Source: an uncultured Alphaproteobacteria bacterium
Lineage (GTDB): Bacteria > Pseudomonadota > Alphaproteobacteria > Rhizobiales > Xanthobacteraceae
Assembly: GCA_963788885.1 (NCBI GenBank)
Contig: CAWBIR010000003.1
Coordinates: 15,279 to 79,278, forward strand
Length of the DNA stretch: 64,000 nucleotides
Direction of reading: 5' to 3'
Positions 1 through 11,600 of the stretch are shown one piece after another. The notes beneath the pieces are model-generated. The model saw only the letters and a program-made list of their open reading frames with translations. It was not told the DNA's origin and did not search any database. Made by a program: the position numbers and the translations under genes. The first letter of the stretch is position 1. Each line of letters starts with the position of its first letter.

Positions 1-114
1 CGAAAGCTCGATCGCCATATACCGCACATAGATCGCATAGCCGACAGTGAGGAAACCCACGACCAGCAACCATTGCACCTGATAGGGAGTGAGGCGGAAC
101 GGGGTTTTCTTCAC
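1..114 (-). CDS. 5' part of a hypothetical membrane protein (runs off the window)
   Basis: GTG at 114 with GAGGA upstream; MKKTPFRLTPYQVQWLLVVGFLTVGYAIYVRYMAIELS has a hydrophobic segment; not in ORF track. Confidence 0.55.
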   Translation of the reverse strand, partial: MKKTPFRLTPYQVQWLLVVGFLTVGYAIYVRYMAIELS

Positions 115-277
115 GACAAAATCCTCACGCAGAGCGAGGACCGATTTGACGCTTTTGGCCGCGCCGCGCAAGGCAATTTTCGAAATGCCACGTTGAAAGC
201 GCTTCAAGAAATGGCGTCAACTCATGGCAATATCGTGATTATTTGAAATCCGACCCGCCGGCTCCGGCTCACGTAGG

Positions 278-1783
278 CTATTCGCGTTTGCCGAAAAGCC
301 GAGACAAGGTCGACGGCTCCGGCTTCGGGGGAGGAGTATCCTCGACCTTCGGGTGCCTCGACGAATAGTAGTGCCGGTGGGACGATTGCCTGGAAGCGCT
401 CGCCGCAGGCTTGTCATCGGCCTCGGCCTTGCTCGCTTCTGACTTGTCGACGTCGTCGGCGCCCAAGGCCAATCGCTGTCCCTCGAATACTGCGGTGGAA
501 CAGCCGCGATCGCTTATTGTCAGCGAGGCGCAGATTTTTGCAGCCGCCGCCGCATCGCTGATTGGCCCGGCCACCAGCCGGAGCTGCATGCCGAGCCCGT
601 TGTTGTTTTCCTTGATGACGATGATCGGCCGCAATTTGGACAGCGCCCCATTGGACCTCGACTTGCGAAGCCCGCGCCAAAGCGCGCGCAATCCGGGAAT
701 CGAATTGGCACCGCCGACATCGACACCAAATTCGGTGCGTGAAGCGACAAGCGCAGGTGCCGCTGAAGGCAACGCAGCTTCCGTTTCGTCGGGCGCGTTT
801 GGCGTTACTGCTGCGATCTCAGGCGTCGCCGTGGTGGTTGCTATCTTTGGCAGTGCGGCCGGTTCGATCAGCTTTCCGGCCGCGGGATCGGGCGGACCCA
901 TCATCGATTTTGACGCCATCAGCGAACCCGACGGCTGGGCCATCGCGGCTTGCGGCGCAGTCGCTGATTTTGTGGGTGAGCCCGGTTCGGACGAGGTTGC
1001 GGATGAAACCTGCTTGTCTTGTTTGTCTGCGGCCTTTTCTGCGGCCGCAACCTTATCCACAGCGACAGGCGCCGTTGCGGCTACCGGCGCCACTACGGGA
1101 GCCGGCGATGACTTCGTGACCGGGGCTTGCGGCTCAATCGAGGCCGTCGTTGCCGGGGCGACGGAGGTGGTCGAGGCGGTCGGTCCAGCTGCCGGAGTCG
1201 ACGCCGAGGGGGACGGCGCCGAAGGATTGCTAGACGCCGTTACGCTCGCATTGCCCTGGCTCGTATTACCTTGGCTCGTATTACTTGGGCTCGCGCTCGC
1301 TTGACTTGCGCCGCCTTGGCCAAGGCTGCCTTGGCCTGGAGTAGCTTGTGGACTGGCCTGGCTTGCACTTGTTGGCGGAGCCGATGATGCGGAGCTTTGC
1401 CGCGCGATGCTGCCGGTCACCGAATCCAGCCCCTGCTCAAGAACCGCGACACGGGAGTAAAGCCGGTCCCGATCGCTGCTGAGCGTATCGACGGCCGACG
1501 CCAATCGCCGCGTCTCGCTCTGACCTTCCCTAGCGGTCAGTTGAAGTTGCTGGGCCTGCTTCAGCAGATCGGCCGACGCGGACTGTTCGCGCCGGACGCC
1601 AATCGAAGACTGGTTGGCCAGCAGGGCCACAATGACCGCACCGACCGAGACGGCCGCCCAGGTTCCGAGCCGCCAGAGTGCGCCACGGTCAAGTTCTTCA
1701 TCGTCGGCAAGCAGGCCAGAAAGCGCGCCGCCGGTCTCGCCGACGTCGAAGCCGCCGCGCAGCTTGTCGGAATCCTTCGCCAT
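278..1783 (-). CDS. Membrane-anchored protein with coiled coil, low-complexity linker and C-terminal SPOR-like domain
   Basis: 501 aa; TM near residues 40-57; Ser/Ala/Pro/Gln-rich linker; C-terminal FGVDVGG...LRLVAGP...AAKIC resembles SPOR-like domains. Confidence 0.7.
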   Translation of the reverse strand: MAKDSDKLRGGFDVGETGGALSGLLADDEELDRGALWRLGTWAAVSVGAVIVALLANQSSIGVRREQSASADLLKQAQQLQLTAREGQSETRRLASAVDTLSSDRDRLYSRVAVLEQGLDSVTGSIARQSSASSAPPTSASQASPQATPGQGSLGQGGASQASASPSNTSQGNTSQGNASVTASSNPSAPSPSASTPAAGPTASTTSVAPATTASIEPQAPVTKSSPAPVVAPVAATAPVAVDKVAAAEKAADKQDKQVSSATSSEPGSPTKSATAPQAAMAQPSGSLMASKSMMGPPDPAAGKLIEPAALPKIATTTATPEIAAVTPNAPDETEAALPSAAPALVASRTEFGVDVGGANSIPGLRALWRGLRKSRSNGALSKLRPIIVIKENNNGLGMQLRLVAGPISDAAAAAKICASLTISDRGCSTAVFEGQRLALGADDVDKSEASKAEADDKPAASASRQSSHRHYYSSRHPKVEDTPPPKPEPSTLSRLFGKRE

Positions 1784-1968
1784 GAGATGTCTTCGGCCCC
1801 CCTGTAGGCCCCAACCGAATCAATCGGTAAACATTAACAGGAAATCGGCGACCATCCTTCGATCCTCAGGGCCCGGCGTGACGCGAATCGGGTTTCCATC
1901 CAACGCCAAAACGCTCTATGAGGGCGGCAACGGCGGTGACGCCGAGCAAGTAGTTCAAAGGACCTCTG

Positions 1969-3327
1969 ATGAGCGGCAGGACCAGCCTGACCATCGTGCT
2001 CGCGGCCGGCGAGGGGACACGGATGCGGTCATCCCTGCCGAAGGTCCTGCATCCCGTCGCGGGCCAGTCATTGCTGGCGCATGTGCTGTCGGCTTCGCCC
2101 AGGGGCGAGGGGACATCGCTTGCGGTCGTGGTCGGACCGGACCATCAGGCAGTTAGCGATGAAGCCAGACGATACCGGCCAGATGTCGAGACCTTCGTGC
2201 AGCGCGACCGCAAAGGAACCGCGCATGCGGTGCTCGCGGCGCGCGACGCCCTGGCACGCGGGGCAGACGATCTGATCATTGCCTTCGGCGATACGCCCCT
2301 GATTTCGGCGGCCACGTTTGAACGGCTGCGCTCGGCCCTGCATCAGGGTGCAGCGCTCGCTGTGCTCGGCTTTGAAGCCGCCGACCCGACCGGCTATGGG
2401 CGGCTTCTCGTCGAGAACGGCCGCTTGACGGCGATCCGCGAACAGGCGGACGCGACTGCGGCCGAACGCAAAGTGACGCTCTGCAACGCGGGCATCATGG
2501 CGTTTGATGGACGCAAGGCGTTATCGATCATCGAGAAGATCGGTAATGCCAACAGCAAAGGCGAATATTATCTTACGGACGCGGTTGCCATCGTTCGGGA
2601 CCTGGGATTGGAGGCTGTCGTGATCAAAACCAGCGAGGGTGAAGTGCGCGGCATCAACACCAAGGCACAGCTCGCCGAAGCCGAGCGCGTCATGCAGGAT
2701 CGCCTGCGCGCCGCCGCCCTCGAGGCCGGCGTGACCTTGATCGCGCCGGAAACGATTTTTCTCGCAGCGGACACGACCTTTGGTAAGGATGTCACGATCG
2801 AGCCGTTCGTCGTCATCGGTCCGGGCGTTTCGATCGCCGACGGCGCCGTCATCCATTCCTTCTCCCATGTCGTGCAGGCCTCGATCGGAAAGAACGCTTC
2901 GGTCGGGCCCTATGCGCGGCTGCGTCCGGGAACGTCGCTGGGAGAAGGCGCGAAAATCGGCAATTTCGTCGAGACCAAGGCTGCGACACTTGAAGCCGGA
3001 GTCAAGATCAACCATCTGAGTTACGTCGGCGACGCCCATGTGGGCGCCAACGCCAATATCGGCGCAGGCACCATCACGTGCAACTATGACGGTTTCGGCA
3101 AGCACAAGACCGAGATCGGCACCGGCGCTTTCGTCGGCACTAACTCATCGCTCGTAGCGCCGGTCAAAATCGGCAAGGGCGCCTATATCGGTTCAGGATC
3201 GGTGATCACGCGCGATGTGCCTGACGATGCCATGGCAGTGGAGCGCAGCCAGCAGACCAACCGCGAGGGCGGCGCCAAGCGCTACCGAGAGCTCAAGACG
3301 CGCGGCAAGGTGCCGAAAGGCAGTTAA
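1969..3327 (+). CDS. glmU: Bifunctional UDP-GlcNAc pyrophosphorylase / glucosamine-1-phosphate N-acetyltransferase
   Basis: [16 protein letters not shown] motif, EYYLTD, hexapeptide repeats, GNFVETK, HLSYVGD. Confidence 0.98.
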   Translation: MSGRTSLTIVLAAGEGTRMRSSLPKVLHPVAGQSLLAHVLSASPRGEGTSLAVVVGPDHQAVSDEARRYRPDVETFVQRDRKGTAHAVLAARDALARGADDLIIAFGDTPLISAATFERLRSALHQGAALAVLGFEAADPTGYGRLLVENGRLTAIREQADATAAERKVTLCNAGIMAFDGRKALSIIEKIGNANSKGEYYLTDAVAIVRDLGLEAVVIKTSEGEVRGINTKAQLAEAERVMQDRLRAAALEAGVTLIAPETIFLAADTTFGKDVTIEPFVVIGPGVSIADGAVIHSFSHVVQASIGKNASVGPYARLRPGTSLGEGAKIGNFVETKAATLEAGVKINHLSYVGDAHVGANANIGAGTITCNYDGFGKHKTEIGTGAFVGTNSSLVAPVKIGKGAYIGSGSVITRDVPDDAMAVERSQQTNREGGAKRYRELKTRGKVPKGS

Positions 3328-3449
3328 CGGAGCTTGTTAAGCTTTTCACTTAACACTGTCTCAATTGGCAATAATTATTGAGTATCTTGGCCCGACCGGA
3401 TTTCGTTAAGAACGGCCGGGGATTTCTCGATCAGGGGCTAGCAAACCGC

Positions 3450-5276
3450 ATGTGCGGCATCATCGGCATTCTCGGAAACGGACCGGTCGCCGAGCAATTG
3501 GTGGATTCGCTCAAGCGTCTTGAGTATCGCGGCTACGACTCCGCCGGCGTCGCCACGCTGGAAGGCAATCATCTCCATCGCCGACGTGCCGAAGGCAAGC
3601 TCAAAAATCTCGAGACACGCCTGCGCGAGGCGCCGCTCAAGGGCAATACCGGCATCGGACATACGCGCTGGGCCACGCACGGCAAGCCGACCGAAGACAA
3701 TGCGCATCCTCACGCCACCGAGAACGTGGCCGTCGTTCACAACGGTATCATCGAGAATTTCCGGGAGTTGCGGCAACACCTCGAGAAGCAAGGCGCGAAG
3801 TTTGCCAGCGAAACCGATACCGAGGTGATCGTGCATCTCGTCAACTCGTATCTCGTCAAAGGTGCCTCGCCGCAGGAAGCCGTGAAGGCGGCGTTGCCGC
3901 AGCTGCGCGGCGCGTTCGCACTCGCTTTCGTCTTTCGCGGTCACGGCGATCTCTTGATCGGCGCGCGCCGCGGTTCGCCGCTGGCGATCGGCTATGGCCG
4001 GGGCGAGATGTATCTGGGTTCGGACGCGATTGCGCTGGCGCCTTTCACCGATACGATCAGCTATCTCGACGACGGCGACTGGGTGGTGCTCACCCGCGAA
4101 ACCGGCGTGATCTACGACGCGCAAAATGCGGCCGTCAATCGCGAGGTCCTGAAGTCCGGCGCCTCGTCATTTTTGGTCGATAAGGCGAACTATCGCCACT
4201 TCATGGCCAAGGAAATCCACGAGCAGCCGGAAGTCGTTGGCCACACGCTTGCGCGCTATGTCGACATGGCAACCGAACAGGTGTCCTTGCCGCTAAAGCT
4301 GCCGTTCGATTTCAAGGATATCCAGCGAATTTCGATTACGGCCTGTGGTACCGCGAGCTATGCCGGCTACATCGCCAAATACTGGTTCGAGCGGCTGGCG
4401 CGCGTTCCGGTCGAACTCGATGTCGCCTCCGAATTTCGTTATCGCGAGCCGCCGCTGCACAAGAACGATCTCGCGATCTTCATTTCGCAGTCCGGTGAGA
4501 CTGCCGACACGCTGGCTGCCCTGCGCTACGCGAAGTCGCAAGGGTTACACACGCTTTCAGTCGTCAACGTGCCGACCTCGACCATTGCACGCGAAAGCGA
4601 AACGGTGCTGCCGACGCTCGCAGGGCCCGAGATCGGCGTGGCTTCGACCAAGGCGTTCACCTGTCAGCTGATGGTGCTGGCTGCGCTCAGCGTTGCCGCG
4701 GGTAAGGCGCGCGGTGCGCTGTCCGATGCGGATGAAGCCAAGCTCGTGCACGGGCTTATCGAAATTCCGCGGCTGATGGCGGCGGCGCTCGCGACCGAGC
4801 CGCAGATCGAGAAGCTTGCCCGCGATATTTCGAAGTCCACCGACGTGCTCTATCTCGGCCGTGGCACCAGCTATCCCCTGGCGCTGGAAGGCGCGCTGAA
4901 GCTCAAGGAAATATCCTACATTCACGCCGAAGGTTATGCGGCCGGCGAACTCAAACACGGGCCGATTGCCCTGATCGACGAGAAGATGCCGGTCGTGGTG
5001 ATTGCGCCGTATGACCATGTGTTCGAGAAAACCGTCTCCAACATGCAGGAAGTGGCCGCTCGCGGCGGCCAGATCATCCTGATGACCGACGCCAAGGGCG
5101 CGGCGGAGGCGACCATCCAGTCGCTGGTGACGATCGTGCTGCCGGATATGGGGGCGATTTTCGCCGCGATGGTTTATGCCATTCCGGTCCAACTTTTGGC
5201 CTATCATACGGCCGTGGTGATGGGCACTGACGTCGATCAGCCGCGAAATCTCGCCAAATCGGTAACCGTCGAATAA
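3450..5276 (+). CDS. glmS: Glutamine--fructose-6-phosphate transaminase
   Basis: True start MCGIIG (catalytic Cys) at ATG 3450; LEYRGYDSAG, GHTRWATHG, C-terminal PRNLAKSVTVE. Confidence 0.98.
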   Translation: MCGIIGILGNGPVAEQLVDSLKRLEYRGYDSAGVATLEGNHLHRRRAEGKLKNLETRLREAPLKGNTGIGHTRWATHGKPTEDNAHPHATENVAVVHNGIIENFRELRQHLEKQGAKFASETDTEVIVHLVNSYLVKGASPQEAVKAALPQLRGAFALAFVFRGHGDLLIGARRGSPLAIGYGRGEMYLGSDAIALAPFTDTISYLDDGDWVVLTRETGVIYDAQNAAVNREVLKSGASSFLVDKANYRHFMAKEIHEQPEVVGHTLARYVDMATEQVSLPLKLPFDFKDIQRISITACGTASYAGYIAKYWFERLARVPVELDVASEFRYREPPLHKNDLAIFISQSGETADTLAALRYAKSQGLHTLSVVNVPTSTIARESETVLPTLAGPEIGVASTKAFTCQLMVLAALSVAAGKARGALSDADEAKLVHGLIEIPRLMAAALATEPQIEKLARDISKSTDVLYLGRGTSYPLALEGALKLKEISYIHAEGYAAGELKHGPIALIDEKMPVVVIAPYDHVFEKTVSNMQEVAARGGQIILMTDAKGAAEATIQSLVTIVLPDMGAIFAAMVYAIPVQLLAYHTAVVMGTDVDQPRNLAKSVTVE

Positions 5277-5364
5277 CGCCGGGCCGGTAGGGGTCTTCAA
5301 AAGTCTGCTAGGATGGCTTAGCTGGCATACTAACAATGCCGCTTCCACCCGACCTGGAACCCCG

Positions 5365-6144
5365 ATGAACCGCGACGACTTGCCTCCGCCAGCACCTCCG
5401 GAAGAAGCCATGCCGGAGGTCCACAGCGGCCTTATGGCCCGCTTCCGAAATTATTTTCTCACGGGCCTGATCGTCGCCGGTCCGATCGCGATCACCTTCT
5501 ACCTGACCTGGTGGTTCGTCACCTGGGTCGACGGCCTGGTGCGGCCATTCGTTCCGATCGCCTACCGACCGGAGACCTATTTGCCGTTCGGCCTGCCTGG
5601 TTCGGGTCTGATCGTGGCCGTGATTGCGCTGACATTGCTTGGTTTTCTCACCGCCAACCTGATCGGGCGTTCACTCGTTGACCTCAGCGAACGTTTTCTT
5701 GGCCGCATCCCGGCGGTGCGCGCGATCTATCGCGCCATGAAGCAGGTGTTCGAGACGTTATTTTCCGGCAAGGGATCGAGTTTTCGCCGTGTCGGCCTTG
5801 TCGAATTTCCGTCGCCCGGCATGTGGTCGATCGTGCTGATCTCGCAGCCGCCGAGCGAGGAGATTGCCGAGAGCATTCCCGGCAAGGAAGAGCACATCTC
5901 GGTGTTCCTGCCGTGCGCACCGAACCCGACCACGGGCTTCTTCTTCTATGTCCCCAGGAGCAAGATCCTCGAAGTCGAGATGAGCGCGGAAGATGCCGCA
6001 ACGCTCATCATGTCCTGTGGCGTGGTGCAGCCTGGCTCCGACTCGCAGTCGCAGAAAAAGATGGCAGCCCTCGCCGGGATGGCCAATGCAGCGCGGGCGG
6101 CGAATGCGTCACCGCTGCTACCGGAGCCGGCTAAAGTCGACTGA
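5365..6144 (+). CDS. DUF502 family membrane protein
   Basis: YFLTGL, two TM segments, RIPAVRAIY, PNPTTGFF motif. Confidence 0.85.
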   Translation: MNRDDLPPPAPPEEAMPEVHSGLMARFRNYFLTGLIVAGPIAITFYLTWWFVTWVDGLVRPFVPIAYRPETYLPFGLPGSGLIVAVIALTLLGFLTANLIGRSLVDLSERFLGRIPAVRAIYRAMKQVFETLFSGKGSSFRRVGLVEFPSPGMWSIVLISQPPSEEIAESIPGKEEHISVFLPCAPNPTTGFFFYVPRSKILEVEMSAEDAATLIMSCGVVQPGSDSQSQKKMAALAGMANAARAANASPLLPEPAKVD

Positions 6145-6146
6145 AC

Positions 6147-8255
6147 TTACCCCGCGCCCATCAGGGGCACGGCTTCGCCGCGTTCGTACAAATAGAGCAG
6201 GCAGCGCAGGGCGTCGCCGCGTGCCCCCGTCAATTTCGGATTTTCTTTCATGATGCGCAGTGCCTCATCGCGCGCCTGCGCGATGAGTTGGCCGTGAGCC
6301 TCGGGGCGCGCGATCCGGTAGCCGGGCAGGCCGCTTTGCCGTACGCCCAGCACGTCGCCTTCGCCGCGCAATTTCAGATCTTCCTCCGCGATGCGAAAGC
6401 CATCGGTCGTCTCCCGGATCACCTTTAGCCGTGCCTTCGACATTTCGCCGAGCGGCTCGCGATAGAGCAGGAGGCACGTCGACAACTCCGAGCCACGACC
6501 GATGCGGCCGCGCAACTGATGCAATTGGGCGAGCCCGAAACGTTCGGCGTTTTCGATCACCATGATGGTGGCTGCGGGTACGTCGACGCCGACTTCGACG
6601 ACGGTGGTGGCAACGAGCAGGCCGACTTCGTGCGCGGCGAACTGCGCCATCACGCGATCCTTCTCCGTCCCCTTCATCTGACCGTGGACGAGCCCTACTT
6701 TTTCGCCGAAACGCTTCTGCAGGCTTTCAAAACGTTCGGTGGCGTTGGTGAGATGGCCGGTGCCTTCCGCTTCGGATTCTTCCACCAGCGGGCAAATCCA
6801 GTAGACCAGCTTGCCCGCGCTCAAGGCGCGGCCGACCGCTTCCATCACTTCCTCAAGACGGCTCATCGGCACCGCGCGCGTGTCGATCGGCTGACGCCCG
6901 GCCGGCTTTTCGCGCAATTCGGACACGTCCATGTCGCCGAAATAGGTCAAGACCAGCGTCCGCGGAATCGGCGTTGCGCTGAGCACCAGGACATCGACCG
7001 CCTCGCCCTTGGCGGTGAGCGCGAGGCGCTCGCGCACGCCGAACCGGTGCTGCTCATCGACGACCGCCAGCGCCAGCGATTTGAAAATCACGTCGTCCTG
7101 GATCAGCGCGTGGGTGCCGACCAGAAAATCGATCTCGCCGGCTTCAAGCCGCGCCAGAATATCCCGCCGCTCCTTGCCCTTTTCGCGTCCGGTGAGAATG
7201 GCAACCCGCATGCCGGCACGTTCGGCGAGCGGTGTAATTGTCTTGATGTGCTGCCGTGCGAGAATCTCCGTCGGCGCCATCAGCGCGGACTGCTTTCCTA
7301 CCTCAGTGACGGCAGCAGCAGCCAATAACGCAACCACCGTCTTGCCTGAGCCGACATCGCCTTGCAGCAGCCGCAGCATGCGGACGGGCTGTTGCAGGTC
7401 GTCGGCGATGGCGGCGGCTGCGTCGCGTTGGGACGAGGTCAGCGCATAAGGTAATGCGTCGATGACTTTCCGTCGCAAATGCCCGTCGCCGGCGTGGCGA
7501 TTGCCGGCCGGCCGGCGCAGTTGCGACCGCACCAGGGCGAGCGCCAATTGCCCGGCCAGCAGCTCATCGAAGGCAAGCCGCGACCAGAAAGGCCCGTCAG
7601 GCAGGATATCCGTCAATTCGACCGGGATGTGGACGCGGTTCAATGCCTCGGTGATTGGCGGGAAATGGCAGCGGCGGATCACCTCGGGGCTGATCCATTC
7701 GGGCAATTCCGGTAACTTCTGAAGCGCCTGCGCGACCGCCCGCCGCAGCGAGCCCAACGCCAGCCCCTCGGTGAGCGGATAGACCGGATCGATCCCGGAC
7801 AACTTCGCAAAACCGGCTTCGTCGACCACGCGGTCTGGATGGACGATCTGCGGCACGCCATCGAACATCTGCAACGTGCCCGAGATGTATCGCTTCGAGC
7901 CGACCGGAAGCAGCTTCTCGATATAATCGGCCTTGGCGCGAAAATAGGTCAGAACGACGTCGCCGGTGTCGTCGCTGGCATAAACGAGATACGGCGCCCG
8001 GGCGTTGCGGGGCGGCGACGGCCGATGGCGGTCGATCGTCACTTCCAGCGTGACGACTGTTCCGGGCTCGGCATCGCAAATCTTCGGCCGGGCGCGGCGG
8101 TCGATCACGCTCGAGGGCAAATGCAGCAGCAAATCGATCAGCCGCGGCGTCTCCTCGCGCCCGAGGAGATAGCGGAACAGCTTGTCCTGCTTCGGACCGA
8201 CGCCGGAAAGGCTCGTGACCGGCGCGAACAGCGGATTGAGCAGAGCAGGGCGCAT
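6147..8255 (-). CDS. recG: ATP-dependent DNA helicase RecG
   Basis: RLLQGDVGSGKT, DEQHRFG, SATPIPRTL, QLHQLRGRIGRG; start taken at MRPALLNP. Confidence 0.97.
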   Translation of the reverse strand: MRPALLNPLFAPVTSLSGVGPKQDKLFRYLLGREETPRLIDLLLHLPSSVIDRRARPKICDAEPGTVVTLEVTIDRHRPSPPRNARAPYLVYASDDTGDVVLTYFRAKADYIEKLLPVGSKRYISGTLQMFDGVPQIVHPDRVVDEAGFAKLSGIDPVYPLTEGLALGSLRRAVAQALQKLPELPEWISPEVIRRCHFPPITEALNRVHIPVELTDILPDGPFWSRLAFDELLAGQLALALVRSQLRRPAGNRHAGDGHLRRKVIDALPYALTSSQRDAAAAIADDLQQPVRMLRLLQGDVGSGKTVVALLAAAAVTEVGKQSALMAPTEILARQHIKTITPLAERAGMRVAILTGREKGKERRDILARLEAGEIDFLVGTHALIQDDVIFKSLALAVVDEQHRFGVRERLALTAKGEAVDVLVLSATPIPRTLVLTYFGDMDVSELREKPAGRQPIDTRAVPMSRLEEVMEAVGRALSAGKLVYWICPLVEESEAEGTGHLTNATERFESLQKRFGEKVGLVHGQMKGTEKDRVMAQFAAHEVGLLVATTVVEVGVDVPAATIMVIENAERFGLAQLHQLRGRIGRGSELSTCLLLYREPLGEMSKARLKVIRETTDGFRIAEEDLKLRGEGDVLGVRQSGLPGYRIARPEAHGQLIAQARDEALRIMKENPKLTGARGDALRCLLYLYERGEAVPLMGAG

Positions 8256-8401
8256 CGAATCTCGAAAGATCTGGCGGATCAAATCGGCATAGCTGGTACC
8301 GTTGATAATCGGGAACGAGACGGGCTGACAACCGCCATTCGGATCGCTATATCAGCGCCGCCCGGCACGTCCGGGCTTTTGGCGTTGGATGGGATTCGAA
8401 A

Positions 8402-8692
8402 ATGACGGGAACGACACGATCGAGCGGGGGCCTCGATGACCGCCGCAAGCGGCTTTTGTTTCGCTGCTGGCATCGCGGCACCCGGGAGATGGATCTCATC
8501 CTTGGCCGGTTTGCCGACACCACCATTGCGGGCCTCTCCGACGATGAACTCGCCGAATTGGAGCATTTGATCGAGATCCCCGATCCTGACCTCTATGCCG
8601 CTCTGTCAGGAGATGCGCTGCTGGCTTCGCAATATGCCGGGCCATTGTTCGAGCGCATCAAGGCGTTCCGCCCCGGAGAGCAGGGCGAATGA
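8402..8692 (+). CDS. sdhE: Succinate dehydrogenase assembly factor (SdhE/SDHAF2)
   Basis: RRKRLLFRCWHRGTREMD (RGxxE motif); typical position between recG and mfd. Confidence 0.9.
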   Translation: MTGTTRSSGGLDDRRKRLLFRCWHRGTREMDLILGRFADTTIAGLSDDELAELEHLIEIPDPDLYAALSGDALLASQYAGPLFERIKAFRPGEQGE

Positions 8693-11600
8693 GGCAACAA
8701 GGCCAATCCCCGGCGCTGTCGCTCATTCCCGGTCGCGCGCTCACCTTTGCCAACGTCGCCGAAGGCGCCGAAGGCCTTGTTATTTCGGATTTGGCGCGTG
8801 CGGTTGCGGCGCGGCCGAAGGCGCCGGCCGTAAGTCTTGCGGTCGTTTGCCGTGACGGACCGCGCTTGCAGCAACTGGCCCGTGCGCTCGCGTTCTTCGC
8901 GCCCGATCTTTCGGTGCTGCATTTCCCGGCCTGGGACTGCCAGCCCTACGACCGGGTGTCGCCCCATGGCGGGATCCTCTCCCAGCGGATGACGACGCTG
9001 GCGCAACTGTCCCGTCTCGTCGGGAGCGAAAAGCCACTGATCGTGTTGACGACGGTGAATGCCATCGTGCAGCGGCTGCCGGCGCTCGGGTTGGTCGCGG
9101 CGCAAGCGCTTTCGGTCGCGCCCGGCCACGTGGTGCCGATGGATTCGATCGTCGCCTGGCTGGAACATAATGGCTATAGCCGCTCGTCGACGGTGCGCGA
9201 ACCCGGCGAATACGCCGTGCGCGGCGGCATCCTGGACCTGTTCCCGGCGGGGCTCGATCTGCCGGTGCGGTTCGATTTCTTCGGCGACAGCCTGGAATCG
9301 ATTCGCAGTTTCGATGCCGAGACCCAGCGCACGCTGCTCGACATGCGTTCGCTCGATCTGGTGCCGATATCGGAATTCCAGCTGACCACGGAAACCATCC
9401 GGCGCTTCCGCATGGGCTATGTCGCGGCCTTCGGCGCGCCCGAGCGCGACGATCAGCTCTATGAGGCCGTCAGCGAAGGCCGCCGCCATCCCGGCATGGA
9501 ACATTGGCTGCCGCTGTTTCAGGACCGTATGGATACGCTGTTCGATTATCTCGGCGACGCGCCGATCGCGATCGAACCGCAAAGCGAGGACGCGGCGCGC
9601 GAACGCTTCAAGCAGATCGCCGACTACTATGAAGCGAGGCGCGAGGCGCTCGATCATCCCGGTGGAGGCGCCATTTACAAGCCGCTGCCGCCGGATCGGC
9701 TCTATTTCACTGAGGACGAATGGAACAAGCGGCTGCAAGAAGCCGCGCTGGCGCGGCTGACACCGTTTGCGGTGCCCGAAGGGAGCGCCGACACGGTCGA
9801 TGCCGGTGCGCGGCAGGGTCGCAGTTTCGCGCCTGAACGCAACGACAGCACGGTCAACGTGTTTGAGACGGTCGTCGGTCATGTCAACGCGCTGCAATCC
9901 CAGCGCAAGAAGGTCGTGGTCGCGCTGTGGAGCGAAGGCTCGCGCGACCGCATGGAAAGCATGTTGCGCGACCACAAGCTGCTCAACCTGACCAGCGTCA
10001 ACACCTGGCGCATGGTTCAGGCCACGCCGCGCAACGAAACCATGCTGGCGGTCGTCGGCATGGAAACCGGATTCGAGACCGACCAGGTCGCTGTCATCAC
10101 CGAACAGGATATTCTCGGCGATCGCCTGGTGCGGCCGCGCAAGGCAAGCCGCAAGCTCGATAATTTCATCTCGGAGGTGACGAGCCTCGCGACCGGCGAC
10201 ATCGTCGTGCATGTCGAGCACGGCATCGGACGTTTTGTCGGGTTGCAGACGCTGCAAGTCGGCGGTGCACCGCATGATTGCCTCGAACTGCATTATGCGG
10301 CCGATACAAAGCTGTTTCTGCCGGTCGAAAATATCGAACTGTTGTCGCGTTATGGCTCTGACAGCGCCAATGTCGAGCTCGACCGGCTCGGCGGCAGCGG
10401 CTGGCAGGCCCGCAAAGCCAAGCTGAAGAGCCGAATTCGCGAAATCGCCGGCGAGTTGATCAAGATCGCCGCCGAACGTCATCTGCATGAAGCGCCGAAA
10501 CTGCCGGTGCAGCCGCACGTCTATGATGAATTCTGTGCGCGCTTCCCTTACGAGGAAACCGAAGACCAACTCACCGCCATCAATGCGACCTTGAAGGACC
10601 TTGAGCTCGGCCGGCCAATGGACCGGCTGATCTGCGGCGACGTCGGATTCGGCAAGACCGAAGTGGCCTTGCGCGCGGCGTTTGCCACCGCGCTCGACGG
10701 CAAGCAGGTCGCCGTCGTCGTGCCGACCACGCTTCTGGCGCGCCAGCACGCCAAGACATTTACCGACAGGTTTCGCGGCTTTCCCGTGAACGTCGCGCAA
10801 GCTTCGCGCCTGATCGCCGCCAAGGAGCTGACGCAGGTCAAGAAAGGGCTGACGGACGGCTCGATCGATATCGTGGTCGGCACCCACGCGCTGCTCGGCA
10901 AATCGATCAAGTTCCGCGATCTCGGCCTTCTGATCGTCGACGAAGAGCAGCATTTCGGCGTCAGCCACAAGGAGCGGCTGAAACAACTGCGCGCCGAGGT
11001 GCATGTGCTCACGCTGAGCGCGACGCCAATTCCGCGCACGCTGCAACTGGCGCTTACGGGGGTGCGCGAACTCTCCATCATCGCCTCGCCGCCGGTCGAC
11101 CGGCTGGCGGTGCGAACGTTCGTGGCGCCGCACGATCCTCTGATGATCCGCGAAGCACTGCTGCGCGAGCGCTATCGCGGCGGGCAGGCCTTCTATGTCG
11201 TGCCGAGGATCGAAGACCTTGCCGGCGTGAAAGACTTCCTCGACAAGAACGTGCCGGAGATGAAGGTCGCGGTCGCCCATGGCCAGATGCCGCCGACCGT
11301 GATCGAAGACATCATGTCGGCCTTCTATGACGGCAAGTACGACATCCTGCTGTCGACGACGATCATCGAGTCCGGCCTCGATATTCCAAACGCCAATACC
11401 CTGATCGTGCATCGCGCCGACATGTTTGGCCTGGCGCAACTCTATCAATTGCGCGGACGTGTGGGACGCTCGAAGTTGCGCGCCTATGCGCTGTTCACGC
11501 TGCCGGCGCAGCAGAAGATCACCGCCCAGGCCGAGCGGCGGCTCAAGGTGCTGCAATCACTGGAGACGCTCGGTGCGGGCTTCCAGCTCGCTTCCCACGA

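Noticed and set aside
1240-1370. Short repeats encoding SQGNT/SQAS in the 501-aa protein
   Set aside because: Ordinary low-complexity linker
3324-3354. Three TTAA motifs upstream of glmS as CtrA boxes
   Set aside because: Spacing is N9, not the N7 of the CtrA consensus
3378-3449. N-terminal extension of GlmS in the ORF track
   Set aside because: GlmS needs the catalytic Cys at its N-terminus; start is ATG 3450
5277-5364. attTn7 position downstream of glmS
   Set aside because: DUF502 follows within 90 bp; no Tn7 ends or tns genes
8593-11556. 987-aa antisense ORF opposite mfd, and similar long shadow ORFs (e.g. 51042-52688, 29050-30162)
   Set aside because: Shadow frames expected from high-GC codon bias; no recognisable motifs and complete overlap with clear genes
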